Under the pieces are notes generated by a model. That model saw only the letters and a list, made by a program, of their open reading frames with translations, was not told where the DNA came from and did no database searches. Positions 49,066-57,639 of a stretch of DNA of 64,000 bases are shown piece after piece (within the stretch, counting starts at the first letter, position 1; each line of letters starts with the position of its first letter). This DNA is from Thermoproteota archaeon (GTDB taxonomy: Archaea; Thermoproteota; EX4484-205; JAAOZP01). The DNA lies in the NCBI GenBank assembly GCA_049700215.1, contig JBNAVT010000002.1, forward strand, positions 41,981 through 105,980. Reading direction: 5' to 3'. Made by a program: the position numbers and the translations under genes.

Positions 49066-49853
49066 AGATACCTTGTTATGCCACGCTTCTCAACGCTTCT
49101 TTCCCGCATAAGGGTCTTGGTTAATTCGAGCATACTGATCCTTTTGAACTCCATCCTGTTTCTTCTCAGGATTCTTTCAGCCTCTCCCGTCACACTCGGG
49201 GCTAGGAGCACAATCCTGACGCCTGCACCAAGCCCCCCGGCATACCTCAACAACTGTCTAACAGCCTCTAAACCCGCCCTATCCTTTTTTATTTCAACTA
49301 TTGTCCTACGATTGTTCGCGTCAACTCCAACAATGTCAACCACTCCGGTTTTCTCCCTTGCTTCCGCCGACGTTACTCTAAATCCTTCCTCCACGAGCTC
49401 AGGATGCCTACGGAGGATTTCAGAAATCTCCCTCTCGCTCAGATACATTTGGAACTCCCCCTTGTCCTCAAGCCTTCCCGAGAAGATGCTTTTCACCCCG
49501 TATATTTTTACGATGATTTTCTCAGGCCTCCTGACTCTTTTAACAGTAAGGACAATATGATCCCGGTCGACGGCAATCCCGACGTAGTTCGGAGGAGGCT
49601 GCCAGTTAACCGGCTCGAGCCCGGAGGGCCTGTGAATCAGGAAGGAAGTGTCCTCCTTAACAATTAGGAGTCTCTCACCCTTCTCCAAGAATGATCTTGC
49701 CCTTCCAACGTAATCAGCCTCGCAAAGGCATGTTAACGCGATGAACTCTTTAGCGCTAACAGCCTTTTTAAGCTGCTCCGCCGCCTCCTCCAAGTCGGGT
49801 TTAACCATCAGCATCCCACGTGGCTGGCGGGATTTATTTCTTTTTTTCAACAT
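49062..49853 (-). CDS. nucS: Endonuclease NucS (EndoMS)
   Basis: 263 aa. The C-terminal RecB-like nuclease motif GVVDIVGVDANNRRTIVEIKKDRA (D...ExK) and a two-domain layout are typical of NucS. The true start is probably the internal MLMVKP. Confidence 0.75.
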   Translation of the reverse strand: MLKKRNKSRQPRGMLMVKPDLEEAAEQLKKAVSAKEFIALTCLCEADYVGRARSFLEKGERLLIVKEDTSFLIHRPSGLEPVNWQPPPNYVGIAVDRDHIVLTVKRVRRPEKIIVKIYGVKSIFSGRLEDKGEFQMYLSEREISEILRRHPELVEEGFRVTSAEAREKTGVVDIVGVDANNRRTIVEIKKDRAGLEAVRQLLRYAGGLGAGVRIVLLAPSVTGEAERILRRNRMEFKRISMLELTKTLMRERSVEKRGITRYL

Positions 49854-50016
49854 TCTGTCGCTGTTCGAATCAAGATTTTTAAACAGTTTTGCAAGGTTTT
49901 GGCATGAACGTTTTTTAACTGTTTCGTTCTACGAGCGTGCACGATGAAACTTAATAAACCCCTCCTGTGAAATCTTTCCAGTTGAAAAGTGTTGACGGGA
50001 GGGGAGATGCCGGGCG

Positions 50017-52284
50017 TTGAGCGATAAGAGGGAGGGTTTTCAAAACGATGCGGGAAGAAAGAAGGATCCGCCTGACTATGTTTACCTGCGTGTCGCTGAG
50101 GCCCAGCCTACTGACGTGGGACGGGGGTACGCTAGGATAGATCCTGAGGTTGCGAAGCTTCTGAATCTTTCACCTGGGGACGCTATAGAGATCGTTGGCA
50201 GAAGGAAGACTTATGCCCTCGTGTGGCCTGCGTCAGCCAAGGACAGGGGCCTAGGCCTGATCAGGATAGACGGATACACGAGGGAGAATGTCGGCGTCAG
50301 CCTAGACGACAAGGTTAGGATCAGAAAGGTAACGGCTAGGTATGCTACTACTGTTGTTCTGGCGCACACCGAGCAGCCTAGGATGGTTAACGGCGAGGAG
50401 TTTGTGAAAAGCATAATGATAGGCCGGATAATAAACAGGGGTGACATTATTCCGGTGAGGATAATGGGCAAGATTGTTCAGCTAGTTGTCGTCTCCTACC
50501 AGCCTGCTGCTGAAGCAGTTATCGTTACCGAGGACACTGTTGTTAAGATCAGCGAGAAAATATACCAGATTAAGAAGCTTCTCCCAAGGGTTACCTACGA
50601 GGATATAGGCGGCTTGGAGGAGGCTATACAGAAGATCAGGGAGATGGTTGAGCTCCCCCTGAGGCACCCGGAGCTTTTCGACAGGCTGGGGATAGAGGCT
50701 CCGAAGGGTATTCTCCTCTACGGTCCGCCCGGTACTGGCAAGACCCTGCTGGCGAAAGCCGTGGCGAACGAGACCAATGCGCACTTCATAAGCATAAGCG
50801 GGCCTGAGATAATGAGCAAGTACTATGGTGAAAGCGAGCAGAGGCTGAGGGAGATATTCAAGGAGGCTGAGGAGAATTCTCCAAGCATAGTCTTCATAGA
50901 TGAGCTTGACTCCATAGCTCCAAAGAGGGAGGATGTTACTGGAGAGGTTGAGAAGAGGGTTGTCGCGCAGCTTCTCTCCCTGATGGACGGTTTGCAGACT
51001 CGTGGAAAGGTTGTGGTAATAGGCTGTACGAACAGGGTTAACGCGATAGACCCTGCTCTCCGCAGGCCGGGCAGGTTCGACAGGGAGATAGAGATAGGCG
51101 TGCCCGATAAGAAGGCGAGGCTGGAGATACTTCAGATCCATATAAGGGGTATGCCGCTCTCCGACGACGTTGACCTTAAAAGGCTGGCTGAGCTAACTCC
51201 CGGTTTCGTCGGCGCTGACCTAGCGGCCCTAGCTAAGGAGGCAGCATTAAGATGCTTAAGGGAAGTGCTTCCCGAGATAGACCTTGAAACCGAGGTCATT
51301 CCGATAGAGGTTCTCAGCAAGCTCGTGGTCAGGATGAAGCATTTCATGGATGCTTTGAAAGAGATAGAGCCATCCGCGTTAAGAGAAATAATGGTTGAAA
51401 GCCCTAATGTGCACTGGGATGATATCGGTGGCCTTGAAGACGTTAAGAGGGAGCTGATAACCTCGATAGAGTGGCCCCTAAGGTTCCCGGAGCTTTTCAA
51501 GAAGCTTAACATTAGGCAGCCGAAGGGTATTCTCCTCTACGGTCCGCCCGGTACTGGCAAGACCCTGCTGGCGAAAGCCTTGGCGACTGAGAGCGAGGCC
51601 AACTTCATAAGCATCAAGGGTCCAGAGCTGCTTTCAAAATGGGTCGGCGAGTCTGAGAGGGGCATTAGAGAAGTCTTTAGGAAGGCTAGGCAGGTTGCCC
51701 CCTGCATAATCTTCTTCGACGAGATTGATTCAATCGCGCCCGTCAGGGGTAGGGATGTTAGCAGCGACGTTACCGAGAGGGTTGTCAGCCAGCTTCTCAC
51801 AGAGATGGATGGGTTGCAGGATCTCAGGGGAGTCATAGTCATAGGTGCGACTAACAGGCCTGACATAATTGACCCTGCTCTGCTGAGGGCTGGAAGGTTC
51901 GATAAGCTTATAGGCTTAAGCTGGCCTGATAGAGAGACCCGCAAGAAAATATTCCAGATACATTTAAGGGGGAAGCCTATAGCGCCTGACGTGAACATCG
52001 ATGAGCTGGCCTCGATGACTGAAGGCTTCTCCGGGGCTGACATAGCCCAATCGTGCAACGACGCCGGCCTTATAGCGATAAAAGAGTTGCTGGAGATGTC
52101 TAGCGACGAGGAGAAGGTTATGAGGATGACTGAGAAGCTAGTTATTCAAAAGAGGCACCTGATGGAGGCAATAACCAAGATAAACATCCCGTCTCCAGAG
52201 GAGCGCAGGGCCTACGAGCTCATGATGTCGAAGTTCGCTGGCACAGCAAAGTCGACAATAATGGCTTCGCCAACACTGGTTTAA
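50017..52284 (+). CDS. cdc48: CDC48/VCP-type AAA+ ATPase
   Basis: 755 aa. N-domain plus two AAA cassettes, each with [18 protein letters not shown] Walker A and second-region-of-homology motifs. Confidence 0.95.
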   Translation: MSDKREGFQNDAGRKKDPPDYVYLRVAEAQPTDVGRGYARIDPEVAKLLNLSPGDAIEIVGRRKTYALVWPASAKDRGLGLIRIDGYTRENVGVSLDDKVRIRKVTARYATTVVLAHTEQPRMVNGEEFVKSIMIGRIINRGDIIPVRIMGKIVQLVVVSYQPAAEAVIVTEDTVVKISEKIYQIKKLLPRVTYEDIGGLEEAIQKIREMVELPLRHPELFDRLGIEAPKGILLYGPPGTGKTLLAKAVANETNAHFISISGPEIMSKYYGESEQRLREIFKEAEENSPSIVFIDELDSIAPKREDVTGEVEKRVVAQLLSLMDGLQTRGKVVVIGCTNRVNAIDPALRRPGRFDREIEIGVPDKKARLEILQIHIRGMPLSDDVDLKRLAELTPGFVGADLAALAKEAALRCLREVLPEIDLETEVIPIEVLSKLVVRMKHFMDALKEIEPSALREIMVESPNVHWDDIGGLEDVKRELITSIEWPLRFPELFKKLNIRQPKGILLYGPPGTGKTLLAKALATESEANFISIKGPELLSKWVGESERGIREVFRKARQVAPCIIFFDEIDSIAPVRGRDVSSDVTERVVSQLLTEMDGLQDLRGVIVIGATNRPDIIDPALLRAGRFDKLIGLSWPDRETRKKIFQIHLRGKPIAPDVNIDELASMTEGFSGADIAQSCNDAGLIAIKELLEMSSDEEKVMRMTEKLVIQKRHLMEAITKINIPSPEERRAYELMMSKFAGTAKSTIMASPTLV

Positions 52285-52343
52285 ACAGGCTTAGAGGAGA
52301 AAACATTTATTTATTTCAGTCGTGGAGACTAGTTGAGCAAGCC

Positions 52344-53198
52344 ATGTGTGCAAGCGTAAGGTACAGGCCTCCTGAGACAGCTGAAATAGGTATTTTCGGG
52401 GGAACCGGCAACTATGATCCTTCATACCTTCAGGACGCTAAACAGTTTAAAGTATACACGCCCTACGGGCCGCCCTCAGACCTTGTAACAGTAGGGTGGG
52501 TTAAAGACAGGAAGGTTGCCTTCCTGCCGAGGCACGGCAGGCACCACACAATACCGCCTTACAGGGTCAACTACAGGGCCAACGTCTGGGCCTTTAAAAC
52601 GCTGGGTGTAACCAGGATAATAAGCCCCGCCGCCGTCGGGAGTCTTCAACCGGAGTTCATAAAGCCCTATGAGTTCGTCGTGGTAGACCAGTTTTTCGAC
52701 AGGACGACGAACAGGAGGAGCCTCTCCTTCTACGAGGGCGGTGTCGTTGGGCACGTCCCCTTCAGCGACCCAGTCTGCCCGGAGCTGAGGAGAATATTCT
52801 TGGACTCAGGTAGGAGGGTGCTTCCCAACGTGAAGATCCACCCAACCCCGGAGGAGGAGGCGGGGGGAAAATCGTTCACATACGTAACCATCGAGGGCCC
52901 GAGGTTCTCAACGAGAGCTGAATCGCTCTTCTACAAGAGCCTAGGGTTCTCAGTCGTAGGTATGACGGCAGTGTCTGAAGCATACTTGGCGAGGGAGGCT
53001 GAGATATGTTTCCTCAGCATCGCGCTCATCACGGACACGGACGTGTACGGTTTAATGCCGGTTACGGCTGAAAGGGTTGCTAAAAGCATGAGGGAGAACG
53101 TTGCGAACGTCAATAGGCTTATCTACGAGACAATCCCCACGATACCGAGGGAGAGGAAGTGTGGCTGTGACACTGTGCTGGATGTTTCACTCTACTGA
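52344..53198 (+). CDS. mtnP: 5'-methylthioadenosine phosphorylase (PNP family)
   Basis: 284 aa. IGIFGGTGNYD, ...FLPRHGRHHTIPP...VNYRANVWAFKTLGV, plus a C-terminal Cys pair typical of hyperthermophile MTAPs. Confidence 0.9.
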   Translation: MCASVRYRPPETAEIGIFGGTGNYDPSYLQDAKQFKVYTPYGPPSDLVTVGWVKDRKVAFLPRHGRHHTIPPYRVNYRANVWAFKTLGVTRIISPAAVGSLQPEFIKPYEFVVVDQFFDRTTNRRSLSFYEGGVVGHVPFSDPVCPELRRIFLDSGRRVLPNVKIHPTPEEEAGGKSFTYVTIEGPRFSTRAESLFYKSLGFSVVGMTAVSEAYLAREAEICFLSIALITDTDVYGLMPVTAERVAKSMRENVANVNRLIYETIPTIPRERKCGCDTVLDVSLY

Positions 53199-53255
53199 GG
53201 AGGCTGGGGGTAAAAATCCCGACGAGGGCTCAGCAGACGGGGGAGAAGGATACGG

Positions 53256-54365
53256 GTGTCTAAACGCCTGCCGAAGACCATAGTCGGCTTCGACCCGGGG
53301 ACAACGGCTGGCCTAGCTATACTGAACCTAAACGGGGAGCTGCTTCTCCTGAAGAGCCTTAGACACTGGAGCAGGAGCAGTATTATTCTTGAAGCGCTGA
53401 GCGTCGGCGACCCTGTTCTGATAGCGACTGACAGGGCTGAGGCTCCTAGAGCAGTTAGGGAGCTCGCCCAGTCGCTCAACCTAGCTGTGTTCGAAACAGG
53501 GAAGGAGGAGGCTCTGGAGGATAAGACCAGCATTATCGACGAATATGCTTCTAAAAAGGGTGTCAGCATTGGGGACGAGCATCAGGCTTCAGCTCTCTAC
53601 GCTGCGCTTAAAGCCTACAACAGTTTCAAAAACGATTTCAGGAACATTGAGCTGAACGTTGAGAGAAGGATTGGCGAGTTCAAGGAGGCTCTGGTAGACG
53701 AGGTTAAAAGCGACCTTATCAGGGGGGTTCCGCCTGAGCGCTCGATTAGGGAGCGGCTCTCTCAAACGACTGTTCAAAGCTTCGACGCTAACCTTGTGGA
53801 GCAGCTTAGGAAGCAGCTTCTCGAAGAGAGGAGGAAGGTTGAGGTGCTTGCGCTTAAGCTTGAAAACCTTAGGAGCGAGCTTAGGAAGGCTGAGTCGAAG
53901 AAGCCGGGTAAAGACGCAGGGTTGAAAAGCGTTATAGCCTTCATGCCGGAGAGCAGTAGGCTGACGAGCTTAAGCCAGGTTCTCGGGAAGCAGGAGAAGG
54001 ATTCCGGAGAACAACTTCGAGTGGATGTTTTCTCGGAGCTGACTTCGAAGAAGGCTAGGAGCGAGGTTGGCAGCATGGTTGTAGCTGCTGAAACCCTTAA
54101 AGGCGATTTGAGCAAGATCTTTAAAGCCCTGTCTTCAAAAGGCGTAAGGATCCTTATTCTGGATTCTGAAACTATTGATGACGAGGCGGTGAGGGAGGCT
54201 GCATACCATGGTCTCCTACTCTGCGACATTAGGAGCCTGCCGTTAGAGAAGCGGAATGAGGGTCTCTACGTGAGGAGGAGCGACATCAGGGAGCTTCTAA
54301 ACAGGAAGAGGAGCCTGCTAACAACAGCCCTGATCGAGAGGCTGACTGATCTGAGCCTAAGGTAG
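53256..54365 (+). CDS. DUF460-like RNase H-fold protein (predicted nuclease) with long coiled-coil region
   Basis: 369 aa. The N-terminus IVGFDPGTTAGLAILNLNGELL is a YqgF/RuvC-like fold start characteristic of the archaeal DUF460 family. Confidence 0.45.
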   Translation: MSKRLPKTIVGFDPGTTAGLAILNLNGELLLLKSLRHWSRSSIILEALSVGDPVLIATDRAEAPRAVRELAQSLNLAVFETGKEEALEDKTSIIDEYASKKGVSIGDEHQASALYAALKAYNSFKNDFRNIELNVERRIGEFKEALVDEVKSDLIRGVPPERSIRERLSQTTVQSFDANLVEQLRKQLLEERRKVEVLALKLENLRSELRKAESKKPGKDAGLKSVIAFMPESSRLTSLSQVLGKQEKDSGEQLRVDVFSELTSKKARSEVGSMVVAAETLKGDLSKIFKALSSKGVRILILDSETIDDEAVREAAYHGLLLCDIRSLPLEKRNEGLYVRRSDIRELLNRKRSLLTTALIERLTDLSLR

Positions 54366-54367
54366 CG

Positions 54368-54643
54368 CTATATCCCTTCAGACCTGCCGACGAAAAGTAT
54401 GTTGCTCCCTCTGACCAGTACAAGGTTAAAGTTGACGGCTTCCCTATCCCCCTCGTACTCCATCGTGCCGCTCATAATCAGGTTCATCTGAGTATCCACG
54501 TTAAGCAGCATCCCCCTGTATACTGAGTGATCGTTTTTAAGCCTGAGGAAAACCTTCTTGCCAACCATGCTTCTAAGAACGTTCAGCGGCCTCTTGTTAA
54601 CAGTCTCGTCGACACTCCGGTTGCTCAACTTCGGAAAAAGCAA
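54368..54643 (-). CDS. Sm-like archaeal protein (SmAP/LSm)
   Basis: RPLNVLRSMVGKKVFLRLKNDHSVYRGMLLNVDTQMNLIMSGTMEY is an Sm1/Sm2 fold. The ORF-track start is a TTG. The true start is probably a downstream TTG or ATG. Confidence 0.85.
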   Translation of the reverse strand: MLFPKLSNRSVDETVNKRPLNVLRSMVGKKVFLRLKNDHSVYRGMLLNVDTQMNLIMSGTMEYEGDREAVNFNLVLVRGSNILFVGRSEGI

Positions 54644-54764
54644 CTTACTGCTCCCTATATAAAAATTGCTGGCTGAAGAGGGATTAACAGCTTTCCACCG
54701 GAAATCAGCGTCCAGTCTCTCACCAGCCGGGTGCTTATATACAAGCGTGCGCTAGCTGTAAACA

Positions 54765-55525
54765 CTAGTAGGGAAAGCCTTCAGCCATCTCAGCGTCGGA
54801 AAGCTCCTTAAGGAGGATGGCAATTCTCTCCACAGCAGCCTCCAATATCTTCTCCCCCTTCTCACTAGATGATTTCAACGGGTTTCCGAAGCCGGAGTTC
54901 CTGGTTAAAACATGCCAGGGCCTCGTAAACCTGGCCCAAGAATAGGAAGACTCAACCTTGGGTGTATTCACAGTCCCCTCCTCCGCCTCCCACATGTGCA
55001 CGAGACACGGGAACAGGGCAAGCCCAACGCTTGTCTCAAACTCGTCGCCATGCTCCCCGGGCTCCTCTATAATCCTGCTCCTCACATCGTCGACTGTTCT
55101 CCACCAGTCTACTGTGACGATGAAAACCCTGGTCCTGCCGTAGAGGTCTCGCATCAAGGGTGTGAAATCGTTACCGCCATGCCTGTTTAGAATAACTAGT
55201 TTCATCACACAATGGTGCTCGAGCGATTCAACGATATCTCTAACCACCATGTTCAGTGTCGACTGGTCGAGGTTTATCGTCATCGGGAAGCCGAGCGAGT
55301 TCTTGTTGAACCGTAGGGTATGGCGGGGAGCATAACCACTTTAGCACCCATCTCTACAGCCTTTCCGCAAGCCATCTCGGCAACAGCCTTAGCCTGGTAG
55401 AAATCCATTCCATAGGGCAAGTGTAGGCCATGGGGCTCGGTTGAGCCGACAGGTAGAACAGCAACCTCAAACCTAGACTCCTTAACATCCTTAAGCGTAG
55501 ACTCCTGAAGGTTTCACGCAACCAT
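54765..55525 (-). pseudogene. Creatininase-family amidohydrolase (ArfB-like) with in-frame TGA at codon 4 and a -1 frameshift
   Basis: From ATG at ~55523-55525 (TATA aaatttatatg ~30 nt upstream) the sequence reads MVA*NLQESTLKDVKESRFEVAVLPVGSTEPHGLHLPYGMDFYQ...IPYGST, then shifts frame into ...FPMTINLDQ...LNRHGGN...EHGDEFETS (ORF 54765..55283). The indel is near an AA/AAA run at ~55290-55310. Confidence 0.6.
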
Positions 55526-55613
55526 GAGGCTAAGCTTGCTTGTCAAGCATATAAATTTTCATAGGCTAGCTTTGGGGGAAACTTGCTGAAAGCTACATGG
55601 ACTCGCTTAAAAA

Positions 55614-55781
55614 TTATTTTTCTTTAGAAACTATGCCTTGAACAGCACCGCATTGTTTGCAGAAAACAATCGTCAGAAGCTTGTCGCTCAAAGGGTATTC
55701 GATGAAGGTGAATGAAGCTATGTCGGCTCCACACTTGAAGCAAACAGGCTTATTCTTAACAGTCCTGTCTTCCATACTCAT
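55614..55781 (-). CDS. Small C4 zinc-ribbon protein (55 aa), not in ORF track
   Basis: [55 protein letters not shown] carries two CxxC pairs. A GGAGGTGA Shine-Dalgarno-like motif lies 6-8 nt before the ATG and an A/T-rich box further upstream. Confidence 0.5.
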   Translation of the reverse strand: MSMEDRTVKNKPVCFKCGADIASFTFIEYPLSDKLLTIVFCKQCGAVQGIVSKEK

Positions 55782-55857
55782 CCTGCGCCATCACCTCCGT
55801 CTATTTTTATTATGAACAGTTCGCTTTTAGACTGCTGATACTGTTCATCCCCGTTGA

Positions 55858-56008
55858 ACTTCGGATTCAGGCTGATTGCCCTGGCTATCGCCACCCTTTG
55901 TCTCTGTCCGCCTGACAATTGGTGCGCATACTTATTCATAAAGTACTCTGGGGGAGTTAATGCAACCAGGTGCAGAAGCTCAACCACCTTACTCCTTATT
56001 TCGCTCTC
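55858..56008 (-). pseudogene. Isolated ABC-transporter ATPase fragment (signature-motif region only)
   Basis: Within ORF 55778..56056: [44 protein letters not shown] is the ABC signature (LSGGQ) region. There is no Walker A upstream or Walker B/H-loop downstream in any frame. Confidence 0.5.
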
Positions 56009-56113
56009 ATTCGCACGCGCGTCAATCCGCGTGTAGCGCGTGCACGCTGTATCCATCCTGCTATAGCGGTCTATTTATTTGGCCATAGCCCATCATTAAA
56101 AGGAAAGACGGCT

Positions 56114-57589
56114 TTACCCAGATAAATTCTTAACCGCCTTTCTTTCTATCTCTGAAAGCTGTTCAATAACCTGCTTGTCAATAACTGGCTCCGGAGGATA
56201 ATTCTCCCTAATAATCCTGTTTAAGGCATCCTGGGCTTTCTTAAGCAGGTCTCTGCAACCTTTCTTCTCCCAGCCTATCCAATCATCCCTGTTGAAGAGG
56301 TTCGGATACCAGAGTTCCCCACGCATTTTCCTCAAGGTGTGTTGCTCCCCTAGGAAGCTTCCGCCTACTCCGACTCTTTTAATCACTTCAAGCGCTAAAG
56401 TCTCCTTGTTTACTTCAAACCCTTTAAGAATACGGTTGACATAGCTGAGCCACTCGTTGTCGATTATAAGCTGCTCGAGGCTCGCTCCCTGGTCTGCTCC
56501 AACTATCCCCTGTTGACCTATGCCCTCCGCCCCCGCCGCCAAAACCAGAGCAGTGCTCACCGCCTTCTCAAAGCCTGCTTGAAAGTCTGGAATGTTTGAA
56601 TCAGTCAGAGCCACGTTTGCGAAGCAGCTTAACCCGAGTTCTCTAGCCACTTGTATCCCTGCCAGGGATGCTAGCGTGTTTTCAGGCGCTCCGAAGGAGC
56701 ATAGGGCAGTCCTCTGGTCTAACACGTGTATCGACGTTGAGAAGCCGATGGGAGAATCAGGGTTGAGAAGATTGACCAGCACTATGCCCGCCAGGACCTC
56801 GGCTGCATGCAGGCTCAACGCGCCAGCCAGTGTTACTGGGGCAGTGCCTCCCAGGAGGCTCATAGAGCCTGACGCGCTTATGGGAAGCCCATACTTAGCC
56901 ATCTCCATAAGAATCTCTATAGCGTGGTGTGAAAGCTGAAGCGGGCTCGTAGGCTCCGCCCCATAGCCGATAATCTTCTTCCTTAGCTCATCCTCTCCCC
57001 CGGCAACAGCCTTAGCCATATCCAGAATATGCCTGCAGGATTCGATGGAGTATATCCAGGCGTAAAACGGTTTACGCGAATACGTGAAGAGAAGCCTATG
57101 CTCCCTCACGTCCGCTATCCTCACAGGCACGTCGCTGGGCACGACGAAGGGGGATACAACACTCACGTTTTCAAGCTCGTTGCCGACTGTTATCGATTTT
57201 ACACAATCCTCAGTCCTCCCTGGTCGGCGTTCCATCCTACTGTAATCCACGAGTTGAATCTCCAATCCCATGGTGGCCTTTATGCTTCCGTCTCCGAAGT
57301 AGACAGCGTCACCCTGGGGAGGCTCAACAATATACTGCTTAGGAGCTTTTTTAAGACAGTCTAGAATAAGCTCTCTGGGAAGCTTAGCCACCTCGCTCCT
57401 GTAATCGATAATCGCCCCATGCTCCTTAAGCATCTCTAGAGCGCCCCTATGCCTGTATGCAAAACCAACTTCTTCCAGTATTTCCAGCGCGCCCTCCTTT
57501 ACTGCTTCAACCCCTTCTCTGGGAAGCAGCTCAAGCCTCTTGTTGAAAACCGGCCTCATTCTCAACCACCCGGATACATAACCATCCAT
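56114..57589 (-). CDS. MttB-superfamily methyltransferase (trimethylamine / quaternary-amine:corrinoid methyltransferase family, non-pyrrolysine member)
   Basis: 491 aa. Segments TLAGALSLHAAEVLAGIVLVNLL, LEQLIIDNEWL, KETLALEVIKRVGVGGSFLG align with the MttB TIM-barrel core. No in-frame TAG. Confidence 0.8.
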   Translation of the reverse strand: MDGYVSGWLRMRPVFNKRLELLPREGVEAVKEGALEILEEVGFAYRHRGALEMLKEHGAIIDYRSEVAKLPRELILDCLKKAPKQYIVEPPQGDAVYFGDGSIKATMGLEIQLVDYSRMERRPGRTEDCVKSITVGNELENVSVVSPFVVPSDVPVRIADVREHRLLFTYSRKPFYAWIYSIESCRHILDMAKAVAGGEDELRKKIIGYGAEPTSPLQLSHHAIEILMEMAKYGLPISASGSMSLLGGTAPVTLAGALSLHAAEVLAGIVLVNLLNPDSPIGFSTSIHVLDQRTALCSFGAPENTLASLAGIQVARELGLSCFANVALTDSNIPDFQAGFEKAVSTALVLAAGAEGIGQQGIVGADQGASLEQLIIDNEWLSYVNRILKGFEVNKETLALEVIKRVGVGGSFLGEQHTLRKMRGELWYPNLFNRDDWIGWEKKGCRDLLKKAQDALNRIIRENYPPEPVIDKQVIEQLSEIERKAVKNLSG

Positions 57590-57639
57590 ACTTATATGCT
57601 TTCTTCATCCCTTTAAACTCGGCATCAAAAGTCAGCGTG

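Noticed and set aside
50211-52058. Four long minus-strand ORFs (86-219 aa) inside the CDC48 gene
   Set aside because: They are antisense to an unambiguous AAA+ ATPase coding sequence. They are Ser/Leu/Arg-rich shadow ORFs typical of ~50% GC coding DNA. The same applies to 2127..2525, 4791..5120, 16840..17280, 33694..34239, 43202..43555 and similar antisense ORFs.
5283-55516. TGA reassignment or selenocysteine as the explanation for the three in-frame TGAs
   Set aside because: TGA terminates many well-defined genes here (for example the GH5 cellulase and Gfo/Idh oxidoreductase) with non-coding sequence following. The affected enzymes are not selenoprotein families, and no Sec machinery or SECIS-like element is evident. 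Mutation or error is more parsimonious.
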